DNA of 62,918 bases, the filler included, from Choristocarpus tenellus KU-1152 (taxonomy: Eukaryota; Protista; Phaeophyceae): NCBI GenBank assembly GCA_964200185.2. It is 12 parts of 12 records of this genome, joined end to end, with 100 filler letters (N's around TTAATTAATTAA, not from the genome) between each part and the next. Parts side by side here need not be neighbours in the genome. Positions count along the whole stretch, not along the records: positions 26,117 to 33,774 come from CAXNAD020005803.1; positions 33,875 to 42,512 come from CAXNAD020004504.1; 10 more parts are not named here. One strand, written 5' to 3'. The notes under the pieces were generated by a model. That model had not been told where the DNA came from, searched no databases, and saw only the letters and a list, made by a program, of their open reading frames with translations. Positions 26,117-37,898 of this stretch are shown here, in pieces (the stretch's first letter is position 1; each line of letters opens with the position of its first letter). Made by a program: the position numbers and the translations under genes.

Positions 26117-26282
26117 GGGGGCGGGGGGGGGAGTCTACACAAGGGTGTCCATTTGGGTCAAAACCAGGAAAGTGCATTTACGGTAACCATCCGACGTATG
26201 CAACCAAATCACCCAAAGATCGCAACATGTAAAAAATGACCCCAAATGGACAGCTGCCACCCCCTCACAGATACTTTGAGCC
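26117..26282 (-). mobile_element. MITE family C copy, truncated by contig start
   Basis: Reverse-complement match to 25370-25549, ending cagatactttgagcc. Confidence 0.8.
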
Positions 26283-26289
26283 AGTAGGG

Positions 26290-28140
26290 GTCTTTTGGGG
26301 TGATTCTGAGGCCAGAACTGGGTACGTCGAGGATCAGAATGTCGGCCTGGCAACCCCTCCGTCGACCCCCCTGCGTAGGAAGGGTGCCCAAATGTCCTTG
26401 AATACCAGGTTTGCGCTTGCATTGTGGAACACCCTCGCGGTGGTCCCTGGTAAGCATAAACTGCCGCGACACATTGGGCCGGCCCTCACAGCGGAGATTG
26501 GAGTGTCCGAGCGTTACATGCAAAAGCTCGTGGAGGACGTCACTGATCAGCACGCCCGTGGCCACACGCTTGACCTAGGTGTGGCGGGACGTAGTGGGCG
26601 GCCTTCGGGGCTCGCACTGTCCAGGATGGCCGCAATATCCTGTATCAATTCCGATAATCAGTCATCCACAGTGCGTCAGGTGACAATGAAGATGGCCGCT
26701 AAGGGGCAGAATTATATAACACGAGCACCATAAACAGGTGGTTGGATGATATGGGGGCCATGCCGAATCGCCGCTGGATCAAACCCAAGCTTAAATAGTG
26801 GCAAAAGGTATGGGGAATGAACTTTGTTTGTGATCCAAGTGGACCGGAAACGTGGTGTGTACGCTTCCATGGCGAACATGATCAATTTGTGGATGAAATC
26901 TGGTATTACGTGATGGCTGATGGGGAAGGGTTAGGATATTTCCGCATGAGGATGATAGCGACCTTCCAGGGTCCCCTACTGTGCAGCACAAGAGTCATAT
27001 CCCCCAAACCATGATCGTTGCAGCCAAAGCCCACCTAGATTCGGCTCACATCTTTGACGGAAAGCTTGATGTATGGCGTGTGTGTGCGCCAAAAACGGCA
27101 GACAGGACAAACAAGAACCATAAAAAGAGGGGAATGATATATGAGCAGGACTGTACTTTAGATCATTTGCAGTACAGGAAGTGGTACACGGAGGAGTTGT
27201 TAAAGTATCCCCAAAATCATCAAAGAGGATAAAGGTGATAAACCCGGCGAGATTGATTGGTCCATTACTCCATACATATTTTACCGTAACTGTCCGATAG
27301 AGTTGGAAGAGTCTAATCGAACAGGAGTTACTGCCTGCAATCAAGATCAAGACGGCTTGGTTGCAGGGGAAGCACGTTGGCCTTCAGTAAGACAGTGCCA
27401 CCCCCCACACGGGCAAGGGCAACTCAAAAATCTTGTCAGGGGCAAGGGTCAAAGTTTCTGGGGGGGGATGCCGGCGTCCGTTTTTGACCCCAAGGAAGAC
27501 TGAGGGGTGATTGATTAGGGATTCAAAGTATCTTAGAGGGCAGAACCGTGTCCGTTTGGGGGCCAAAATCTAATGTTGCGATTTTGATGTAACTTTGGCC
27601 GTCGTGTTTGTTAGGAAGTGTCAATATCCTTTCTCCAGACACACCTTTTCATAACGTAGATATTTTACCTACTCTGAAATATTTTCTGAGTAGGTAAACT
27701 ATCATAATAAACCCGTGCGAAGCCAAGCCCCAAATTGACAGAAAAGGCAAAACTCGTACCCTCTGAGATGCTTTGCTCAGGCTTGTGACTCAGTCATCTA
27801 ACTCCCCCGACCTCAATATCATGGATCTGTGCTTATTCAGGTCTTTGAACTGTCGGGTGATGGAGGAGCGGTTTGGGTCCGTCAAGGAGATGGTGAAGGT
27901 CATTAAGAAACAACATGAGGAATATGATGAAACCACACTTGAGAAGGCTTAGCAGCTCATTTTTGTAGTGTACAATCAAGCACTTAGATACAAAGGGGGG
28001 AATGAGTTCAGTGTGGAGCACACAGGGGTAAGGAAGAGGCAGTTGTCTGATGACTTGAAAACACGCAGAAGGTAGATATTTGAGGCTTTTTCTGGGACTG
28101 GTAATATTGTGATGGATGGAGAGTAAGAACAATAAAAAGA
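26290..28140 (+). mobile_element. Degenerate Tc1/mariner transposase, plant/oomycete DD39D-like clade, split by MITE A6
   Basis: Motifs VDEIWYYV, QHKSHIPQTM, FDGKLDVW, DSATPH-like, LVTQSSNSPDLNIMDLCLFRSL and GGNEFSVEH, with frameshifts and stops. Confidence 0.85.
27520..27778 (+). mobile_element. MITE family A, copy A6, inside the mariner ORF
   Basis: Family A TIRs; TSD AGG; excision restores L-I-R-L-V-T-Q-S-S-N-S-P-D-L-N. Confidence 0.9.
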
Positions 28141-28579
28141 GTTGGTCCTAACCAGAAATTCGTCAAGGATTCCAAATCTTCTTTCAGAAATGTACTTCAT
28201 CAACATCTTCAAACGTTATGGACAACACGGAACAGAATTACGGCACAGAGTTATTACCTGTTTTGTATCTGTGAAAGAGGAGGTACTTGCCAGTGTCTTT
28301 GGACAAGACCTCGCATATCCATATTATTTTGCAAATCAGACTGGCGACAAAACCAGTGGGGGATAAGAAATACGTCTGACTGTTCTGTATTTGTTTTTGT
28401 AACTGCGAAAGAGGAGCTAAGGGCCAATACCTTTGTGCAAGTCCTCGTATATCGATATCTTTGTGCAAAATTGGACTGGTTGGTGACACGATGTATCTAT
28501 CTATCTATACATGCATCTACTCTCAGTATTTGTTTTCAATGCGCCAATGAGGACCTACGTGACCATGATTTTGACACAA

Positions 28580-28993
28580 GGGTCAAAGTATCTGGGGGGG
28601 TGGGGTGGTTTGTGAGGGGGCGTCCGTTTCGGTCCGGACGAATTGCTCAAAAATCATAGAGTGAAAGTATCTTAGAGGGTACTAGTTTTGCCCTGTTTGT
28701 CCATTTGGGGTTTGGCTTCACTCAGTTTTTTTTAATGACATGTTCCTACTCCAAAATATTTTGGAGAGGGTAAAATGTGTACGCTATGAAAAGATGTGTC
28801 CGGAACAAGGATATTGACACTTCCTAACCAACACAATAGCCAAAACTACATCAAAATTTCAACATTGGGTTTTGGCCCCAAATGGACGCGGCTCTACCCT
28901 CTAATATACTTTGACTCATAGCAATTGCTGTCTTCAGTCCGGACCGAAATGGACGCCCCATCACAACTACCACCCCCCAAGATACGTTCACCC
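28580..28993 (+). mobile_element. MITE family D hosting a nested family A copy
   Basis: Long imperfect TIRs GGGTCAAAGTATCTGGGGGG...GTCCGTTTCGGTCCGGAC and GTCCGGACCGAAATGGAC...CCCCCCAAGATACGTTCACCC; no TSD. Confidence 0.8.
28659..28917 (-). mobile_element. MITE family A, copy A7, nested in family D
   Basis: Family A TIRs; 3-bp TSD ATA. Confidence 0.92.
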
Positions 28994-29870
28994 AGCCACC
29001 GTCCTCTTATGATGTATTTCGGACTAAAAGGCATTTAGGATCTACGCTTGGCGCTTGAGTGGGTGTAGGCAATGTTATTATGGCTCACAGAAGTTGGCGT
29101 TGGGTTCAAATTTTAGAGCCGGGGTGGTTGCTGCCGCTTGGTTTGAGTGTGGAAGAGAGGTCATCTGTTGTGGAAATCTCGATTTGTGCTGAAGATGGTG
29201 GTGTGGAGTACGATATGCTTGTGCGTCAACGAATTTCCGGTAAGATTTCTGCAAATTGCTCTGTGGTCCGATCAACGCAAAGAGGGGAGGAAAAAGGATT
29301 GGGGCACGGCAGTAAAAGTGTAAGAGGATGGTAGCAGAACGCACTAATCGAGATGAAATCCAGGTTGCAACCGGGCCAATACCAATAAAAACATGTGTAC
29401 GAGGACACATAAACACAAACTCTTCGGGAAGATGATAGATTCAATGTACCAAATGCATAAGTCTGTTGATTTAGAGAACATCGTCCGTCCTGCATCACCA
29501 CAAAGATGTTCGTTGCAGGGGCTGTGTTGGTGTGTAGGACTATTGGCATGTGTTTGCACGTGATGGCCTTGTTTGGTTGTATAGGGGTGTTGTTTCTTGA
29601 TCTTTTTGAGAAACGGATATTGTATGATAGAGGATACACTTAGACAGCGGAATGAATGAATGGGATGTGTTTATTTGCCTTATGTAAGTTGTAAAATATA
29701 ATGTGAAAGGTGTCAGTGGCGGTTGCAGATTGGGAGAAAAAAATGACACTGGTTTAGGTGTCAGGATTGGACGTTATGGGAGGAATTTATGTAGGTTAGA
29801 GGAGATGTAAGGGGATATGCAACATCTGTACGTGGACAGCGTGGATTCATTCGTGTGGGGCATTGTTCTC

Positions 29871-32800
29871 TTAGAAACAAGAAGAGTTTCTCACCTTGTC
29901 CGTCTGTGACATGTGAATAGTTGGCAATCCATCAATAAAGCTAGCACTCAGCACCTCGAAATTTTCAGTGACAAAGACGAACTCATCTCCAGCACTGAAC
30001 ATCCCTCTGTAGCTGGAGTGGTGTCTGGCGTTCCATTGAATCGTGTCCTTGCGGAGGACAGTGAACGGCAAGAACTCTATACCATTGTACTCCTATGGTT
30101 GCGTCCGCACAATGCATATGTTCCCCTCAGCGAGCTGTACCTTCTTCCTCGACAGCTGGCTTCTCAAATTACATATCACCCGTTCCTGTTTCTGTGGAAA
30201 ATCCGAGGTCTATCTCCTTAAGCAGGGGCATGTGGGTTGGTTGCCACCTGCATTCGACCAGGTTGCCGATGGAACAGTTCGTTTTGTAGCACGACAGTTC
30301 GGTGTATATCAATGTACAGGAGTCTTCGGTGGTGAGTCGACTAGTGAAGAACCTGTGAATGGACTTGATTCCACTGAGGTTTGGGACAGGTGGATCCTGT
30401 CGTCTCGCACGGTTGATCTTGTAAGATGGAAGGCGGACTATCTCCTGTGTGCTGAACGTGTCGATGCATAGAAATTTCGTATACGTGTTACTGTGCTGTC
30501 TGCCGTCCCTGTCCGTCCAATGCTAAGGGTTGTGGTGATTATGCATATAAGGGGAGGGGTGGTACGTGTTGGAGTCAGTATCGGCACTGAGGCAGTGTGC
30601 TGTGACCAATGAAACCCCAAACTTACATTTTTGGGTTAGTTTGCCGCTTGGTAGAGTTCTGAAAAATAGAGGGCGAGATGATTGTAAGTGTGCACGGACT
30701 TTGTGCGGTCGATTAAGAAGTGCGTATGTGCGATTATCATGTGATTCGTTGTTTCGGCGTGAAGGGAAGGCACGGATGTAAGACAATGGGTCAACGAAAT
30801 CTATTGCGTGTTTAGCGTATGGGTTAGCAAGGGGCGGGAGGGTGCAGACTGTCGCGAGTTGAAAACAGCTAATTGATCCCTGGATCAATTATTGTGAGTG
30901 GGGGAAATCATACACGTGGTACTTGAGGTATCTATTCCTGCAGCAAGCGATGGATACATGGCCGACGTTGTTACGTGAAAGAAAACAACAACTTGGAGTT
31001 TGGGTTAGTTTACCAAATAGCAGACTTATTCAAAATCGAGGGCGATGGTTGCAAGTGTGCACGGATGGTGTGCGGTTGATTAATAAATGGGTACACGTGC
31101 GATTATCATGTGATTCGTGGTGTCAATGTGAAGGGAAGACACGGATATGACATAATGGGTCAATGATATCTATTGCGTGTTTAGTGTATGGGTTATGAAG
31201 GGGCGGGAGGGTACAGACTGATGCGAGTTGCAAGCAGGGATCAAATTATTGTGGGTGGGGAGAATCATGCATGCAGTATATGTGGTATATATTCCTGCAA
31301 CAAGTGATGGGTACATGGCCGACGTTTACACTGGAAAGAAAACAAGAACTTGGAGTTTTGCGCGAGTTTACCGATTGGCAGAGACTTGTACAAAAATGCG
31401 GCGATAGTCGTGAGTGTGTGCAGACTATTTGTGCAGTCATTTGATAAGTGCGTATGTGTTATCTTGACGCTGCGCGTCGTGTTGGCATGGAGGGAATGAC
31501 GGATGTGACACAAGTTTGAACGGTACTTGAGTGCTTGTTGCATAGGTGAGCAAGGGGTGTACGTGTTGAGGTTGTCGCCAGTGGTAAACAGAGGTCGAAC
31601 TTTGTGAGTGGGGGGGGGGTCGTCATGTGAAGTGTGCCTACCTTTGTGACGATTGTCTGTCCGGGAGGAACCTTCTGACCTTTGTGGTAGCGACACTCTT
31701 CCTCTGGTGTCGAATCCCTCAAGGTGTATTAGGTTTTGGTTGCCTTGATTGTATCCACTAGGGATGAGGTTCCTGGGATGCGCACCCCGTATAGTTCCAG
31801 TCTCCTGGCAGCAGACTTCACCACAGCCCTGAATCCATCAGACAAGGACTTGCCGTGACAGGAGGCAAAGAAGTAGTTGTGTACTGCGGAAATTCCCATC
31901 CGCGCTAAAGACTGATAAACCCACCACATCTGCCATCTGTTGTTGAACTGGCTCCTGCAGCCATCGGAACAGATGTGGTGGACCTCTAGGGTCTGTCCGT
32001 ATTCACTGGCTAGAGGTATTAGGTGGTCTTTTCACAAATATCTCCACGGCGTTCTGGACGAACTTGTGTCTTGGCTCTTCGGTCTTCACTGCACACCGTC
32101 ATGCTGTGGGCCCAAACCCTTCCCTTCCCAAGGTTTCCCTCTTCTCTGAGATCCCTCAACCACCAGACAATGATCAGAAGCGCCGTAAGGAATAGATTGT
32201 AGAACTCTTGTTGTGTCAAGTCTTGGTTGTGTTGCAGGTGGGCGCTGAAGTCCATGGACATGGCGGCGTCTCCTTTGAAGAGGCGGGATTTGCAGTGTTT
32301 GTATTGTTGCGCCTGCCAAATGGTGGTGTTGTGATGAAGGAAGAAGCTCTTCTCGAAGTTTGCAATTGTGACTTTTAGGAGTTTAGGGAATCCCTCCGTC
32401 CTTGGGAACGCACCTGTATCGAATGGGTCAGGTGGTCGAGTTTCGAGCGTTGTTGCTGGCGATAGGTCGTGGTGATTCAGGCTTTGCTGTGGTGTAATCG
32501 ATTATGTTCGGTGCTGTGGGAGGGAGTATCTGCTCGTTGTTTGACGAACGCGCCGTGACACATTCAATGTGCACTGTAATTATTACTCGAAGGAAACTGT
32601 TGCTCACCTTTCACCTCCGGCCGTGCTTGTCCGTAGACCCTGTGGCGTCTTTGTCATCGTTCTCCTCGGTCCTGTTCCTCCTTAATTCGGGGGCGGACTC
32701 TCCCACCACGCACTTAGCGATAATCAAATCGTCGGTCGTGAGATTTTCCGCCCTCAGCTCTGCATATTTTGCCTTGATCTGGATCATGTCATCTTTGGTG

Positions 32801-33730
32801 GTCCTGCTGGGGGTGGCGATGCCAAGTCTAGAGGACAGCGCCTGTGTGGCAGTGTAGACGGACATAGAGATTTATTGCAGCATGGGTGTGTGGTCTGGAT
32901 GTTGAGCATGGAGATATGGTCGATTGGTAGGGTAGGTTGCTGTATCGGTCCTGGACCCGGCGTAAGGGTGGAACCGGACAGGTTCGTCTTCCAAATCTAA
33001 TTTAGTTGGTGAGTGTTTGGATAAGGCACACCTTCATCTCCTGGCAAGTCTTTCGTTGCAGGTCCACCTCCACCACCGGGGGGTGTATGCGTGGACGACC
33101 TCGTTCCATGTGACACGGGTGCTGTGAGAGTCCAACATACAACGGCATTTCTACTTCGGATAAGATTTCCAGTGTCACACCTGTCACATGTACTGTCGAC
33201 ACAAGAATTTCGAAACTACCCAAGGAACCGCCAGAGGACGGTTCGCTGAGGGGCTCCAGCACTGTCCTCTCGCATCTGTTTTGTTTTGATTAGTCCAAGA
33301 GCGGTTTTTGTTTCAGTGTAGAGGTTTAAGTAGAGGATCGAACGTCACTAGTGGAGTCCAGCTGTCGCTGACACATCTTTAGAGGACATAGTGAGACGGT
33401 TTGAGGGCGAGTACGTTGGTGTGTATCTACGGTGTGTTCATTACTTTGGATACCATTCCAGCTCGTCGTGCTCACATATTCGCCACGTCGTGGGTGTGGT
33501 TTGGCATAGAAACTTACAGGAGGAAGGCCATTAAATGAGCACCATTTTCGAGTGCGGCCTCCACTTTTTCAGAGCCGCATCCTTTGCCATTGTCGCAGAA
33601 TGTGCATGTGCATGCGCAAGTGCGTTGTCCATCATCGCCAAAGATAGTCCTCGCATGTACTTTCTTCCAGTTCTCTCTTAGGCACTGAACCTGGAGGTCG
33701 GTGGTCATGTGGTGAATGCAAACGCACGAT
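29871..33730 (-). pseudogene. Sola2-type DDD transposase pseudogene with a probable intron
   Basis: Core motifs HHNTTIWQAQQYKHCKSRLFKGDAAMSMDFSAH, HICSDGCRSQFNN and NYFFASCHGKSLSDG. C-terminal LSGIKSIHRF...ELSCYKTNC at about 30200-30450. Cys motifs upstream (CVDSTCDRC near 33200, CACTCTFC near 33600). Putative intron 31679-30491. Outer boundaries approximate. Confidence 0.8.
30600..31560. repeat. About 2.5 diverged tandem copies of a 360-370 bp unit
   Basis: Anchor acttacattt/acttggagtt recurs at 30621, 30991 and 31348, with long matching stretches between. Confidence 0.85.
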
Positions 33731-33734
33731 TTGT

Positions 33735-33774
33735 GGATCAAAGTATCTGGGGGGGGGTAGCAGCTGTCCATTTG
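33735..33774 (+). mobile_element. MITE family C left end, truncated by contig end
   Basis: ggatcaaagtatctgggggggggtagcagctgtccatttg. Confidence 0.75.
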
Positions 33775-35308
33775 NNNNNNNNNNNNNNNNNNNNNNNNNN
33801 NNNNNNNNNNNNNNNNNNTTAATTAATTAANNNNNNNNNNNNNNNNNNNNNNNNNNNNNNNNNNNNNNNNNNNNTGCAGGAGGAGAGGATGGGGGGCTCT
33901 GTTGTCATGGTTGACTCGATTGGCCTTGGGCTTTCTAATATATATATATATTTATTTATTTTTGGTGTAGTTTGTCGAGATGGGGGTCTCACCTTGTGTC
34001 ACACTCCAGACCTCTCTGTCGCCACAACACTACAGTACCAAATATTCTGTGTATTCGTTCTCATCGTTCTACGAACCGTGCGATAATCATTCGTATAATT
34101 ATTTTATTTATTAATTTTGATTTTATTCATAATTAAGTAATTCTTCTCTTTTTTTTTGAAGGCGTGCCACAAAAAAACCTGTTACACACTCATAGAGCAC
34201 GCTTTCTGATTCGACTTTCACATCATGCGCTGAGAAAAAATAAATAAATATATATATATATATTATATATATATTGAAAAAAGAAGATAAAATTCTTAAA
34301 ACCTAGAACTTTTTTTTTCTTCCATTCTGTGTCGCGAGTTGTGCCATAAGAATCCACGCCTTCCAAAGCACTGCCGGCAGCTACCTAATTCTTTCCACGT
34401 GCACCATGACATTGCGTGGGCACCACCTTCTCAAACCAACACACTATTGCACTTCCTCAGGAATGGCATGGCATCATGTGGAAGGCAGATACTCTCAACC
34501 CTCCCTTAACCTGAAGCTATGGTCCATGTCTAGATAGAGAGCAGCACGGAGCGGAAGCTGGGTTGGAATTTTCATGGAAAAACCATCAAAATGTTCTGAT
34601 AAGGGTTTCCGAAGGATCAGCAACTACAAAAAAGAGCCATCTCATGTTTGGATTCGGAACCCACAAAAAAAAAAGAAAAAAAAGGTGAACGTGTTGAGCA
34701 TCAGAACGTCTCGCACAGACCCGCCAATGCCGTATCACACGGAAAACCCTGGCAGGGCAGACTCTCAAGAGTTTCACTAATCTCATTCTCTTGCATCTAT
34801 TAGTGAGAGGATCGACAGAGTTCAGCCTCTCGGAGAGCATTTTCCAGGAAATTTCCAAGAATTTAAAAACCAACAGTGTTTCACGCCAGATCGTATCTGT
34901 GCCTATCCCAAAACAGACCATCAATAAAAAGAAAATGTAAAGCGCGTATATGTCACACTACCCTGCCCAAGGCTTTAAAAAAAAAAAAACTGATTGCAAA
35001 GGATGTCTTGACAGCACTGCAGTTTCTTATACACCCAACAACAATTCCATTCAGGGCTATTGACCTGCTCCACCATCCCGACACAACCTGCAGCTCCCAT
35101 GAAGGAGCTGTCGCCCCCCCCCCTTCCACTTCCTGACACCCAGCATCCCATCAACAACAAAAGAATCCAACAAGGAGTGGAGGATCTCACCCGACCCACA
35201 TTTCTTGCCAGTCGTAAGACTCATAACTTTGAGTCGTCATGGGAAGCAACAACAAGCTCACAAAATACATATCCCCACGCATCCCTATTCATTGACCTTT
35301 GACCCAAT

Positions 35309-35339
35309 CTAACCCTAACCCTAACCCTAACCCTAACCC
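35309..35339. repeat. (CCCTAA)n telomere-like tract just downstream of the PPR gene
   Basis: ctaaccctaaccctaaccctaaccctaaccc. Confidence 0.85.
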
Positions 35340-35459
35340 GGCACACACCCGCCTCTTATTACAACAGAAAAAGTAGAAAAAGAGGCAGCAACAAGGGTTT
35401 TCCCCCTGCCTCCTCCTTCCCGCTGCACGATCAACCCTTACGCCATCCCCCGACCTCCC

Positions 35460-37898
35460 TCAACTGGCAACAAGGGGGTCGCTACCGCCTTCCATCTCTC
35501 TCCAAGCCCCATCGCTGTGCTCCCAAAGAAAGGACGGGGCAGGGAAGGGCAAGGGATCGGCGTTCATCATGTTGAGACTTGCCGCTTCAGGGTGCAACCC
35601 TTCCTCCCTCATCTTCAACAGCAGCGAAGCTGCCTTATCTGGTAAACCCCCTCTCACACACGCGGCTATGGCAGTGTTATAGGTGATGGTGTCAGCTCTG
35701 AGTCCTCTCTCCCTGATCTCGTTCACCAGCCCCAGAGCAAGCACCCCTTGCCCAGCATCACTACAAGCTGCCAAAGCTGTGTTGAAGCTCACTATGTCAG
35801 GCACAGGAGGATGAGACAACATCTTTCCTTTCCTCTGGTTGGTTCCTTCCCCATTGCGCATCTCATGTAGTATCTCTAGAGTCCGTCGCCATTGACCTCC
35901 ACTTCTGCACGCATCCATGGCAGCATTATAGCTTGTGGTATCTGGGTGCAGCCACTCCATAGAGTCCATTTCCCCCAGAAGCTGCAGAGCCCTCCTCCAC
36001 AAGCCTGACCGACCTGCAGACGTGATGGCTGCGTTGAAGGCTGCAGCATTGGGACGAACCCCAGCTGCCTGCATCTCTGCCCACAAGGCCAACACAAGGT
36101 CATGTCGGCGACCATCACCACACGCCTTTATGGCGGAGGTGAAGGTATACACATCTGGATCAAGACCTCGAGAGCGCATGACTTTCATGAGGGACATGGC
36201 ACGGCACCAGAGTCCCCCACCACGGCATGCTGCAATGCCAGTGTTGAAGCTGATCAGGTCAGGTGAGGGTGCACCACCACCACTGTTGCCCTCTTGACCT
36301 TCCTCCATGTCTTCATCCTCCTTCAGCATCTCATCCAGAAGGGTCAGGGCGGTCGCCCACTGTCCCCCACGCAGGCAAGCCCCCATGGCAGCATTGAAGC
36401 AGACTGTGTTGGGTTGGGGCAGTCCGTCCAGTCCATCCTGCATGTCTCGCAAAAGTGATAGCGACTGGTGCCATTCCCCTGCCATGCCACAAGCAGAAAT
36501 GGTTGCGCCCAGCAGGACCACATCCGGCTTGAGACCGTGGTCCTTCATCTCCCCAAGCAGTAGCAGCACCCGCTCCCATTCGCTAGACTTCCCCAGAGCC
36601 ATGATTGCAGCAGTGTAGCTCCTTACGCCAGGAGTCAGGCCGTCCAACCTCATGCGTGTTAGGAGGTCAATTGCCTCCCTCCACCTTCCAGCATTTCCGC
36701 AAGCTTCGATCGCATTATTGAAGCTGGAAATGTCGGCTTGAACGCCATTGACGCTTTCCCCCAGACACATGGTCCCCAACACTCGCAGGGCGTGCTCCCA
36801 CTGCCCAGCTCTTCCGCACGCTGTGATAGTTGAGTTCAAAGTACCCACGTCAGGTTCCAACCCTTCCGCTCGCATCTCTTCTAGTAGGGACAACGCGCGC
36901 TCCCACTCACCGCCAATGCCGCAAGCACTGATGGCGGTGCTATAGGTAATGACATCTGGGGACAGACCTTCTGCTCGCATATCGCCTATTAATGACAAGG
37001 CCAAGGTCCAGCCGGCCTCTTTCACAATCCCTCCTACAGGACTGTCACGGGTATTCAGACCATAACGACACGCGTGCAGAGCGGCATTATATGCTACGAC
37101 ATTTGGCTGGAGTCCTTCCGCACGCATTTCATCAAGCAGAGACAGCGCACGCTGTGGCTGGCCACCGATTCCACAGGCCTTGATGGCCGAACTGAAACTA
37201 AAGGAATCTGCCTGAAGACCGTCATCTCGAACATCATTCAGCAAATTCAGAGCTTGCCTCCAGCGCCCACTCGTGGCCATAGCACTGATGCAAGCGTTGT
37301 ACATTCTGACGTTGAACGGGACCCCTTGAGTTCTAGTCTCACTCATCGACGACAGGACTTCTCGCCACCGCCGCTGCTTACCAAGTTTGATAACCCTTTG
37401 GACGAAAGCCCTCTGCCTGAGAATAGCAGATGCATCTACCGTTCCCTGGCGCTTCCCTTGCTTATCACCCTGCATATCATATTTACCTTCATCCATTTCT
37501 CCTTTCTCTTCCTTTCGATGGGTATAAAGGTTTGCAGGATCCGTTCCGACCTTAAAACACTGTTCCTGTTCACCATGCATCCCTCCAGCAAGAGCTTCTG
37601 CTAGGGCTTGTGTCAAAGCACCCACACGAATAGCCTCATCGGATAACATATGCGATGATCCCTCCTCCTTCGCTGTATGCATGACAAACGTATCACCCAT
37701 TTGTGCCCTCCTCATCGGACATGCAATCGCTCGAGGTCTTACTCGTCCTTGGGAGGTAGACTTGGCCTCCACAGATCGCCCCAATAATCCCAATCCTCTC
37801 CAGCCTACACTGTTCAAGACTCTTGCACCATCTACGAACAAGCATGATGAACGTGATCCTGCTGACGCGGGAGGCCCGCCCTTAGTTGGGTTCAACAT
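35460..37898 (-). CDS. P-class pentatricopeptide repeat (PPR) protein, about 16 motifs, single long exon
   Basis: Uninterrupted 2.4-kb ORF with about 15-16 tandem 35-aa motifs (e.g. DVITYSTAISACGIGGEWERALSLLEEMRAEGLEP). First in-frame ATG is at 37898; the ORF-track start at 37916 is TTG. Confidence 0.93.
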   Translation of the reverse strand: MLNPTKGGPPASAGSRSSCLFVDGARVLNSVGWRGLGLLGRSVEAKSTSQGRVRPRAIACPMRRAQMGDTFVMHTAKEEGSSHMLSDEAIRVGALTQALAEALAGGMHGEQEQCFKVGTDPANLYTHRKEEKGEMDEGKYDMQGDKQGKRQGTVDASAILRQRAFVQRVIKLGKQRRWREVLSSMSETRTQGVPFNVRMYNACISAMATSGRWRQALNLLNDVRDDGLQADSFSFSSAIKACGIGGQPQRALSLLDEMRAEGLQPNVVAYNAALHACRYGLNTRDSPVGGIVKEAGWTLALSLIGDMRAEGLSPDVITYSTAISACGIGGEWERALSLLEEMRAEGLEPDVGTLNSTITACGRAGQWEHALRVLGTMCLGESVNGVQADISSFNNAIEACGNAGRWREAIDLLTRMRLDGLTPGVRSYTAAIMALGKSSEWERVLLLLGEMKDHGLKPDVVLLGATISACGMAGEWHQSLSLLRDMQDGLDGLPQPNTVCFNAAMGACLRGGQWATALTLLDEMLKEDEDMEEGQEGNSGGGAPSPDLISFNTGIAACRGGGLWCRAMSLMKVMRSRGLDPDVYTFTSAIKACGDGRRHDLVLALWAEMQAAGVRPNAAAFNAAITSAGRSGLWRRALQLLGEMDSMEWLHPDTTSYNAAMDACRSGGQWRRTLEILHEMRNGEGTNQRKGKMLSHPPVPDIVSFNTALAACSDAGQGVLALGLVNEIRERGLRADTITYNTAIAACVRGGLPDKAASLLLKMREEGLHPEAASLNMMNADPLPFPAPSFLWEHSDGAWREMEGGSDPLVAS

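Noticed and set aside
25945-26282. MITE ends on either side of a linker as one element spanning the gap
   Set aside because: The flanks (tcc and agt) give no TSD and contig order is arbitrary. Assemblies simply break at these poly-G tracts.
27501-27512. In-frame TGA/TAA in transposase relics as recoding or an alternative genetic code
   Set aside because: They occur alongside frameshifts in decayed TEs, and intact host genes use the standard code.
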